Assembly: GCF_016432865.1 (NCBI RefSeq)
Contig: NC_067401.1
Location: forward strand, 38,750,001 to 38,814,000
Source: Antechinus flavipes
Lineage: Eukaryota
DNA length: 64,000 nucleotides
Reading direction: 5' to 3'
Shown here one piece after another: positions 20,630-31,085 of this stretch; within the stretch, counting starts at the first letter, position 1, and the number at the start of each line of letters is the position of its first letter. The translations under genes and the position numbers were made by a program. A model generated the notes under the pieces. The model saw only the letters and a list, made by a program, of their open reading frames with translations, ran no database searches and was not told where the DNA came from.

Positions 20630-21356
20630 AGATGACCGAGAAGCCAGCAGTTCTTTTTGGTGCTCAGGAGTCACTGTTATTGCTGAATCTACAATGGAGG
20701 ATGCCAGAAGAAAGCGTCCCAAAGCTGTTTCTGTTTAATATGCTCATTAGGAGACTGGGAATCCAGCAGTTTGGGAATGAAATAGGAAGCCAGCGTGCCT
20801 CTGGAGCCGTAGGGGAGGCCACCACCCCGTGTCTCTCTTCCTCTTCCTCCTTTTCCATTCCCAAGGCCCGAGGCAGGCTGTCCTGGCTCTCCTAGACTTG
20901 CCAAGCCCCTCATCTCTCCGTTCTCTGTGGGCAGCCCAGAAGCCCGGGACTCTCAGACCCAGGTCACCCCAGCTGCAATGCAGAGAAGGGCCTGAGCACC
21001 AGCTGCTCCAGGGGGGTGCTATTTCAGGCAGTGCCTGTAGGTGGCAGGGATGGCCACACAAAGGTAGGAGCACAGGCCAGGGAGGCTGGAAAGGCCTCAG
21101 GGCCCTGCATTGTATGAAATGTCATGTGAGGTACAAAGGCAAAGTCAGTAGCTCCACCAAATTAAGTTCATCCAGGAGAGAAGCTGCCTGGGCCCTTTCA
21201 AATAGAATCGTGGGTAGTGGCTCGGTGCTCCAACTTAGGGTGGGCTCATGGGAGCAGAAAAGGGGAGCAGGACTTCCTAAAAGCTGCAACCTCCCAATTC
21301 AAGTGGAGCCTACGGATGGCAAGGACACCAAGAGCAAAAAGAGGAGCAGCACTCCC

Positions 21357-22993
21357 AGTGTGCCCACAGTGGCAGGCTCCATGCACGCAAACAGGGTCCC
21401 GGTGTGCCCACACTGGCAGGCTTTGTGCATGTAGATACACTCCCGGTGTGCCCACTCTGATAGGCTTCATGCACACAAACAAGCTTTTGGTGTGCCCACA
21501 CTGGCAACTTCATGCACACAGACACTCTCCTGGTACCCACAGTGGCAGGCTTCATGCACGCAGACAGGCTCCCGGTGTGCCCACTCTGATAGGCTTCATG
21601 CACACAAACAAGCTCTTGGTGTGCCCACACTGGCAACTTCACACACACAGACACTCTCCTGGTACCCACAGTGGCAGGCTTCATGCACGCAGACAGGTTC
21701 CCGGTGTGCCCACACTGGCAGGCTTTGTGCATGTAGATACACTCCTGGTGTGCCCACTCTGATAGGCTTCATGCACACAAACAAGCTTTTGGTGTGCCCA
21801 CACTGGCAACTTCATGCACACAGACACTCTCCTGGTACCCACAGTGGCAGGCTTCATGCACGCAGACAGGCTCCCGGTGTGCCCACTCTGATAGGCTTCA
21901 TGCACACAAACAAGCTCTTGGTGTGCCCACACTGGCAACTTCACGCACACAGACACTCTCCTGGTACCCACAGTGGCAGGCTTCATGCACGCAGACAGGC
22001 TCCCGGTGTGCCCACACTGGCAGGCTTTGTGCATGTAGATACACTCCTGGTGTGCCCACTCTGATAGTCTTCATGCACACAAACAAGCTCTTGGTGTGCC
22101 CACACTGGCAACTTCATGCACACAGACACTCTCCTGGTACCCACAGTGGCAGGCTTCATGCACGCAGACAGGCTCCCGGTGTGCCCACTCTGATAGGCTT
22201 CATGCACACAAACAAGCTCTTGGTGTGCCCACACTGGCAACTTCACGCACACAGACACTCTCCTGGTACCCACAGTGGCAGGCTTCATGCACGCAGACAG
22301 GCTCCCGGTGTGCCCACACTGGCAGGCTTTGTGCATGTAGATACATTCCTGGTGTGCCCACTCTGATAGTCTTCATGCACACAAACAAGCTCTTGGTGTG
22401 CCCACACTGGCAACTTCATGCACACAGATACTCTCCTGGTACCCACAGTGGCAGGCTCCATGCACGCAGACAGGCTCCTGGTACCCACAGTGGCAGGCTT
22501 CATGCACGCATACAGGCTCCCGGTGTGCCCACACTGGCAGGCTTTGTGCATGTAGATACACTCCTGGTGTGCCCACTCTGATAGGCTTCATGCACACAAA
22601 CAAGCTCTTGGTGTGCCCACACTGGCAACTTCATGCACACAGACACTCTCCTGGTACCCACAGTGGCAGGCTTCATGCACGCAGACAGGCTCCCGGTGTG
22701 CCCACTCTGATAGGCTTCATGCACACAAACAAGCTCTTGGTGTGCCCACACTGGCAACTTCACGCACACAGACACTCTCCTGGTACCCACAGTGGCAGGC
22801 TTCATGCACGCAGACAGGCTCCCGGTGTGCCCACACTGGCAGGCTTTGTGCATGTAGATACACTCCTGGTGTGCCCACTCTGATAGGCTTCGTGCACACA
22901 AACAAGCTCTTGGTGTGCCCACACTGGCAGGCTCCATGCACACAGACACCCTCCTGGTGCCCACATTGGCAAGCTTCATGCCACAGATACACT
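21357..22993. repeat. Minisatellite of about 38 monomers of 42-44 bp with 129-bp and 302-bp higher-order periods
   Basis: Monomer classes B, C, D and E arranged as (B-CDE-CDE)n; the 302-bp period is also visible in ORF-track starts 21492, 21794, 22096, 22398. Confidence 0.97.
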
Positions 22994-24169
22994 TGTTTGG
23001 GGCTATATGATATGCAGGGTTCTAGGACATAAATTAGCTAATCCAATACTTTAATTGTGAAAATGAAGAAACTTGAGTCCCAGAATGGTGAAGTAATCTG
23101 ACCAATACCAAGAAGGAGCCAAGGTTCAAATCCAGGTTCACATGGCGAATGCCATGCTCTTTCCACCTGTCTCTCATCCAGGTTGTCACAGCATGTGCAC
23201 TGTGTGTGGATATGGCTGCACACAGCAAAGTGAGTTTGTATACACAGGGAGGAGAACACATACAAAAACATGTGCATGTATGTTGTGTCTGTCTGTGCTA
23301 CAGAGCAGTGTGTTAGGATCCCACCCCAAATGCAGCATCTCCAAAGAATAAGGAAGCATTGAAACCCTAGTCTCACCTCATGCTCCCCAGATGGGACAGC
23401 GGGATAAAAGGGCATTGTTACTGGTCCTCTGGGCTAGCTCCGGCTCTTTCCCTTGGTGCCCCTCAAAACGGCTGAGTATGTTGCTTCTCTCCTTCCAAAC
23501 TCACCAGGGCTGACCTGTTAAGAACAGATAAAAGGCATGAAAATGAGACCGCTCCCATTTGTTGGAGGCCAGAACCCCTGACCAATTTCTTAGCTTCAAA
23601 AGCTCTAAGTCCTTCCATAGCCAAGAGAATGTTCCCCGGTCCCCGTTTCCTTTTTCTTCCTTCATTCTCGACCCCTCCACATACACTGTCTCCAATTGTA
23701 GCTGCCACTTTCTCCTTCTTCAAGGGCCATTGGGAGGAAGAGCAGATATAGAAAGAAAAGCAAAAGATCTCAGGAATCTATATGCCAAAATTGGAAAGAC
23801 AGTTCACCACACAGACCAACTACTGCTGATCTTTGGAGATCAAGGGTAGGCAGGGATTTCCCAAAATGGCACTAACATGTGAAGTGTTACAGATCTAGAG
23901 CCAGATAACCATCTACTTCAATCCCCTTATTTTTCAGATGAGAAGCTGGGCTCAGGGAGATTAAGTTATTTACTTCAGATCACAGAGATTTGAACCTAAG
24001 GCCTTTGACTGGACTCAGTGGTCTTTCCACTGTTAACACGTCTCTTCAGTTTTAAAAAGAGAATGAACTGAAGAAGTCGTTTAGTCTAGTTTATTTTAAA
24101 GAGGAGAAGGTCAAGGCATTAAAAGGCTGAAACTAACAGAAGATGGCGTATCATCTTCCAAGAGTTTAC

Positions 24170-25095
24170 CTCTCATCTCTATGCAGGTGACTCACAATCC
24201 AGTCTCAACCTCCCACTTCCCCAGTCCCACCAATCGCCAATTGGATATTTCAAACTGGATGTTCTGGACACACATCAGACTCAATGTGTCCCGAATTGGA
24301 CTCATCTTTCCTCCCAAACTCTTCCCTTGCTCAAGCTTCATGATTTCTGTCAAGGCCCCAGGATCCCGGCTTTGTCATCTCAGCGTCATCTTCCAGTTGT
24401 CGAGTCTTATCATTTCTTCCTCCAAAAGGTAGATTTTATCTAAGCATTCCTCCTTTCCCACAGCTATCTGCTATCTTGGCTCAGGCCTCCTCTTCTCTCA
24501 CCTGGTCATCACAGCAGCTTCTTGGTGGATCTCTCCTGGTCATAAGGTTCCTAGCCAAAATTGCCAAAGTGATTTTTCTTAAAGGCAGACGTACCTGTGT
24601 TAAGTTCCCAATGTCAATTCACTCAACCTCTATTACCTCTAGGATAGAAACTTCTTTAACTTTTAAAACTCACAATCTGGTTCCAACCCAATTTCCAGCT
24701 CCATTGAATATTATTCCCTCTGCTCTACTCTGTGATCCTGATACACTTGTTTTTTTCTTTGTTCTTCATACCTGCTATTCCATTTCCTACCTTTTACTCA
24801 CCATTCCCACACCCAGAACTTAATCCCCAACCTTCAGCTCACTGAATCGAGGGCTTCCTTAAAGACTCAATTCAAGATTACCTTCCAAATGAAGCCCTTC
24901 CTCCCAAACTACCTTGCATATAGCAACTTTGAATTTTTCTCTTTATATTTATTCTGTGTAAATGTGCTTATAGTCTTATTAGAATGAAACCTCTTTGTAA
25001 AGGACTGTTTTATTCTTTGTATTTTTGCCCTAGGCATCTCAACAGGGCTTGTCTCATAATAGGTACTTAATAAAAAGCTTGTTGTTTGATTGTTA
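24170..25095 (+). mobile_element. L2 LINE 3' fragment
   Basis: L2-like text (ctcaaactc/ctcatctttcctcccaaact) ending with the L2 tail ggtacttaataaaaagcttgttg; boundaries approximate. Confidence 0.65.
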
Positions 25096-25649
25096 TTACT
25101 AGAATTCAAAGCTCCTGACTTTTGGTCCAGCATCTTTTCCATTATACATACTGCCTTTTGGTTAGAGATTTTGATCAGACATGTTCACTTAAACAAAACC
25201 TCCTCCCCCTGTCTCCTCTCCAACCTAAAGAAATGGGATTCCCTTCTAAACTCAGTTTTCTCTGAAAACAATGATGTTCACCCTCTCCTTGGCAGTCCAC
25301 AATCACTTCCATCTTTGAGCTTGGCAAGACCCTTCCAAGTTCTGACATTCATCCCTGTTATGTTGATGTTGATGCCCTTTTCTTTGACAACCCTTTCATG
25401 GATGGGAACTGAGGGCAGGACAGAAACTGGTTCTGCTTTTTCTTTGAACACCCAAGTCAGATGGAGGCTGGAGATTTAAAGAGCTCTTCTAGATTAATTT
25501 GGGAATGGGAAGATAATATGATGTACTACAAACCCGCACTGGATTTAGAGTTCAGGAGAATTGATCCAGATTCATCGCTGCCATGTAGTACTTTTAGTCA
25601 TGCAATCTGCAGGGTATCTTCCATGCCCTCACCTCATCTATCTACTCAG

Positions 25650-26280
25650 TTTCCCAATATTGTCATTACCCCCCACAAAACTCTCACACATCTAACACCT
25701 TCTCTCCATTCACACAACCACCCCCTAGACAAGACTCTTATCCTATCTCAGCTGGACCACTCAAAAGGGAACCTCAACTCTCCCCTCTCCCACCCAACTG
25801 CCAACAAGATCTTCCTATAGCAAAGGTGGCCATGTTGTTCTTCTGATCTATAAAGCCCAGTGGCTTCCTATTCCAAGATCAAACATTAATTCTTCCTTAG
25901 CATTTAAAGCCCTTCATGGCCCTTGCTTTTCCTCACATATAACCCTTCATCCTTCTCTATGCCTCAGCATTACCTGCCTTCCCTGCCTAAAATACTCTTG
26001 CTCTTCATCTCTGCCTCTTAGAATACCTGACTCCCTTCAGGGCTCAGTTCAAATCCCACCTTGGGCAGGAAGTCTTTATAATTGCTTGTCCTTCCCTTCC
26101 ATCTATTCTGCATGTATAATATATGTACCTACTTAAGAGACAAGATGTCTTCCCATTAGAATGTCAGTACCTTGAGGGCAGAGACTGGTTTTGCTTTGCC
26201 TTTGCATCTTCAGCACCTAGCACCGTGCCTGGTACATACTAAATGCTTAATAAATGCTTGTTGATTCCTCTATTGATTGG
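25650..26280 (+). mobile_element. L2 LINE 3' fragment
   Basis: Ends with gtgcctggtacatactaaatgcttaataaatgcttgttga. Confidence 0.65.
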
Positions 26281-26963
26281 GAACTTGGGCAAATAAGTTA
26301 ATCTGCCTGAATCTCAGTTTCCTCAATTGTAAATGCGACTTTTTTCTCTAAATTGATGATATTAGGACTTATCAAAGAGGCAAGTATTTACCAAAAAGGG
26401 TAAAAACCTATGCCAATAGGCTTTGCCAAAGCAAGTCCAGCTTCTTTCCACATGTAGTTTTCTATATGTATCCCTAACTCCCCAGAAAAGGAGGGGGACA
26501 ATAGATACAGAGAGGGACCTGATCAGCAAAGCATTTGCCTTAATTTAATCTTACAGAAATAAATTATATAAAAAACATTTAATAGCCTTTCCTCTACTAC
26601 AAAAACCCATCTCATTTGTAAAATGGGGATAGTAAATTTCTATAATACCTACTACACAGAGCTGCTGTGAAGATTAAAAGCTAAAATGTTTGTAAGATAC
26701 TTTATAAAGCACCACAGAAATGCCAGCTATTATTATTAAATAGGAAAGTGAATTAAGTCCCATAGCTCCTAGCCATAGGGAAGAAGCACAGAGATATCTG
26801 AAGATAAATGATCTGTGGAGATAGGCACGCTCAGTTCTGTCCCCTGAAACTAAAATCTGTCTCCCTAAAAGAAATTATAGTCTTGGGAGGACAGGGAAGC
26901 AAAACTCATTACCAAGATGAAGGTAGGAAACTTAATGCAAGACCTTTGGTCTAGGAAATGAGT

Positions 26964-29060
26964 ATAAACTTCCAGTCAAGATGGCCAACATGAAAATGGA
27001 CCACCCTGCTCCCACATAACTATTCCATCAAAAACATGAAATGTGCATGTGACCAAATAATGATCAAGAAATCTTAATGAAATACTACAATAAGTATCTT
27101 CTTGCACCTTAGAAATGTAGAAAAAGTAAGCCAAAAGCCTGTAAGAAGAGAAGGACCTTCTAAGAAGGCTGGGGCCAGAATAAACAATCAAGTGAGCAGC
27201 CTCCCAGTGTAGAGCTTGCTGAGCCCTGAAACAGCAACAACTGTTTCTTCCAACTCTTTGTTCTCTACCCCCAGGATAAGAACTCCCAGGGAACAAACAG
27301 CAGCTCAGGGAACCTAAAGACTAGAGTCCCTAAACTTTGTCTTGAGAAATCCTGGAAAGCCCTAAAGATCCAGTATTCTGACCCCCAAAGATCCTTGAGG
27401 GGAACCCAAGTTCAAAAGAATTCAGATAACCTAGGGTAAAACCAGATAAGACCAACCACCCCAACTCAGAGCTTAAGTGGGGGACAAAGCTTGGCCATAA
27501 TAAATGATTATTCCTTCCCCTCTTCAATGTTAAAGCCTCTGTTCAGGAACTCAATTCAGTAAACAAAATAAAACACTGACCCAAACAAAAATGATTAGAG
27601 ATCCTTCAAAAGAAGGATCAAGTAACTCCATTTCAACTGCAAAAACGATTCCTTTTTAAAGGAGGAAAAAAAGGAACTTCCACAAGAACTATATAAATAT
27701 CTACAAAAAATTAAAGAAATAAAAGTGATAGAAAATCTCTAGAAGAAAGAATTAGAGAAGAATAAATAAAAAGTTTAGAAAAGAAAATGATAAACCTTAC
27801 TCAGGTTAACAGACTTCTTAAAATAAAATACTTCAAACAGAAATCAGTGAATCTGGAAGACGGGAAGAAATATTAAAACAAAATCAAAAGACTGGGGTGG
27901 AGGGGAAGAAGAAAATCAAAGACATATGATATCCAAACAATTGATATTAAAAACAGTTTAGGGAGAGATAATTGGACTTTGTAGAAATAATCATTTTAAA
28001 AACCTAGATATTACATTTTAAGAAATCATAAATTAAAATTGCCTATAGCACAATGAAAGGACAAGATAAAGATAGAATATATCAGTCACTTTCTGAAAGG
28101 AACCCCCAAAAGCAGTCGTAAGAATGTGATAGCCATAGCTTATACATCAAAGAAAATTTTACTTCAAGCATCACCAAAAAAAAAAAAAAAGAAGAAGAAG
28201 AAGAAGAAAACCCAACCTAAGTGTTAAAGATCTAAAAGACCACATAAGATCTGGCAGCTTCTACTATAGAGATCTTAAAATGCACTATTTCCAAAGGTCT
28301 AGGTTTAAAACGAAAAATAATTAACCTCCAAAACTGAGTACAATCCTATAGAAGGAAAAAAATGAATAAAGTGTTACAATCAAATTAAAAGACCAGAGCT
28401 CCATGGGTATTATGAAATGAAAACACAAGAGAAACTTAGAAATATACATTTATTGGAGCAATTGGAGAGGACTATATGCTGATATATTATTCAAAAAAAG
28501 GGAAAAGCCTTCAGACACTGAATGGCTTCAAAAACTATTGTTAAAAAAGAAAATGAGAGGTTTTGGGTAGGGGAACACTGGTCCTGGTCTGAGGATTTTA
28601 AGAGGAAAAAAGGAGCACTGATAATTTGGTGTAGAAATACAACAAACAGCAGGAAAACAAGAGGATATGGATATATCAGGAAGGAAAATAATATCAGGGA
28701 GGGAATAGGTAAGAGTGAAACAAACTTCCTGATCCTGAATTGAAAGTTAAAAAAAAAAAAAAAAAGAATTAGAATATAAAGAGGTATCCATCCATTGGGA
28801 ATGGGTAAACAAAATATGGTATATGAGTAAAATGAAATATTGCACTGTAAGAAATGATATGAGACAATTTCAAAGAATTCTGGGTAGTATGAACTGATAC
28901 AAAATGAAGCAAACAGAACCAGGAGAACAATTTATATGAGGACAGCAATATAAAGAAAAGTAATTCTGAAAGATTTAAGAACTCTACTCATATAATAATC
29001 TCTAGGATCTATAATGGCACCTCCTCATAGAGGAGTGCGATTCAAGACACAAAAATAGAC
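26964..29060 (+). mobile_element. Degraded L1/HAL1-like element
   Basis: Starts with L1-type caagatggc, followed by A-rich ORF1-like remnants and then an L1-type 3' region (tccattgggaatgggtaaacaaaatatggtatat...). Confidence 0.5.
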
Positions 29061-29229
29061 ATACTTTACCTAGTAGTACTTAGTACTTAGGCCCCTGTGT
29101 GGCTTATTTGTTCCAAGACTGTTTTTTCTTCCTTTTTCTTTCTCTTTTGTTTTTTAATTTTTATTTGCCAGGAATAGGGGTAGGGATGAAGGCAAAGGGA
29201 GTTGGGAGGGGAGTGGGTATCTGTAGTCT

Positions 29230-29262
<33 letters not shown>

Positions 29263-29285
29263 ACATATACACATACATACACACA
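29230..29285. repeat. (CA)n/(CATA)n microsatellite
   Basis: Compound AC repeat. Confidence 0.9.
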
Positions 29286-30129
29286 CATCCCCAAACCCAT
29301 GCCTATCACATAATCAATCCAAGCCCTTGACCACTATTGGGCTCTTTCTGCACTCCTTCTTACCTCACACAAAGAGGGACATTAGAACATGTTTCAAAAA
29401 GGCACAAAAGAGAACAGAAATATAAACAAGCGGATTTTAAAAAAAATCTTTTAAAAATGTTATATGTGGAATTTATTATCTACACAGTAAGCAAAGATTA
29501 GTCCCTTCCACCAGGAGGTGTCCATCACAAACTGGACATATCTGAAGTAAATCAAAGAATCAAGAAATAAGCATTTATTGAGTCCCGACACCGGCACTGT
29601 GTTAGGTATTGGAATACAGATGCAAGGAACTTTGATTCTAATACAGAAGACAAATACAAATATGTACGTGTAGACTAAATGTAAAGAAAATAAATACAAC
29701 ATAATTAAATACAAGGTAGTTAAGAGAAAAAGCAACAGCAGCAGAGGAGAGGGAGTAAGGAAAGGCTTCATGTAGAACAGATTGTTACCTTAACCTTAAG
29801 TTTGTGAACTCATTTTTGAAATAAGATGTCAATAACTATTTCAATATAATTGGTTTTCTTTTAATCCTAAGCATCTTATACATTAAAAACATGATTCTGA
29901 GGGAGCCCCTAAGTTTCACCAGTGTTGAAAAGGCTTATGACCCAAAGCAAGTGAAGAAGCTTCTCCCTTTAGCTAGCTCCAAAGGAATTGAAGCAATGAT
30001 CAATAATGAGAAGTTCAACAATTTAGCTATCCCAAGTTTGAGCTGAAACTACTATTAGGCCTGACCTCACTATTTCTAATCTTATTGGAAATCCTGCTTT
30101 CATGGTCCTTTTTTTCTCTCTGGTCATCA

Positions 30130-30600
30130 AATCACCAAATCGAGAGATCATGTAAGTCACCCAGTCCAACCCTGAACAAGAAACCAAATGAAAAGCTCAA
30201 GTGAAGGGGAACCTCTACCTCCCCGCAGTCCACATTACCTTTGCTCTGGTTACTGGGAATTGTTTTCCTTATACCAAGCCAAATGTTTCCTCTCTATCAC
30301 TTCTACTCATCCATGATTCCTGGATCCTAACTGAGATCAAAGGGAAAAAAAATTGAATTCCTCTTTCCACATGACAGTCCCTTGAAATACTAGGGCACTG
30401 GTATCATATCTCCTCTAAGTCTTCTCTTTTCCAGGATAAACATTTCCTGTTACTACATTTGATCCTGACTGAGCCCTTTACCATCCCAAATCAGTTTCCT
30501 CTGGATACTCTCCATTCATCAATGTCCCTCCCAAAGTTTAACATCCAGAACTAAAATATGACACTCCAGATATGATCTGACCAGAATCCAGCCATAAGTA
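30130..30600. mobile_element. L3/CR1 LINE remnant
   Basis: CR1/L3-type 3' text (tcctctttccacatgacagtcccttgaaatac ... ctccagatatgatctgaccaga); strand not assigned. Confidence 0.55.
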
Positions 30601-30618
30601 TCACAGCAGAACTCTTAC

Positions 30619-30751
30619 NNNNNNNNNNNNNNNNNNNNNNNNNNNNNNNNNNNNNNNNNNNNNNNNNNNNNNNNNNNNNNNNNNNNNNNNNNNNNNNNNN
30701 NNNNNNNNNNNNNNNNNNNNNNNNNNNNNNNNNNNNNNNNNNNNNNNNNNN
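30619..30751. other. Assembly gap (133 N)
   Basis: Run of N. Confidence 1.
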
Positions 30752-30764
30752 ACAGAACCCATGC

Positions 30765-31085
30765 CAGGGTAATTTTTTACAACATTATCCCTTGAACTCA
30801 CTTCTGTTCCGATTTTTCTCCTCCCTCCCTCCCTCCACCCCCTCCCCCAGATGGCAAGCAGTCCTATACAAGTTAAATATTTCACAGTGTATCCTAGATA
30901 CAATATATGTGTGCAGAACCAAACAGTTCTCTTGTTGCACAGGGAGAATTGGATTCAGAAGGTAGAAATAACCCGGGAAGAAAAACAAAAATGCAAATAG
31001 TTTGCATTCATTTCCCAGTGTTCTTTCTTTGGGTGTAGCTGCTTCTGTCCATCCTTGATCAATTGAAACTGAGTTAGGTCTCTTG
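30765..31085 (-). mobile_element. Marsupial L1 3' end
   Basis: ccctccctccaccccctccccagatggcaagcagtcct ... ttgttgcacagggagaattggattcag, typical of the marsupial L1 3' UTR in antisense. Confidence 0.75.

Noticed and set aside
21357-22993. CRISPR-like appearance of the regular 42-44-bp array
   Set aside because: There are no unique spacers (whole monomers recur in a fixed order), no cas genes, and the context is a mammalian genome
21217-23032. Cys/His-rich ORFs of 117-190 aa (possible repeat protein)
   Set aside because: They are translations of the minisatellite. The 302-bp period is not a multiple of 3, stops recur in the B and C monomers, and no splice context was found.
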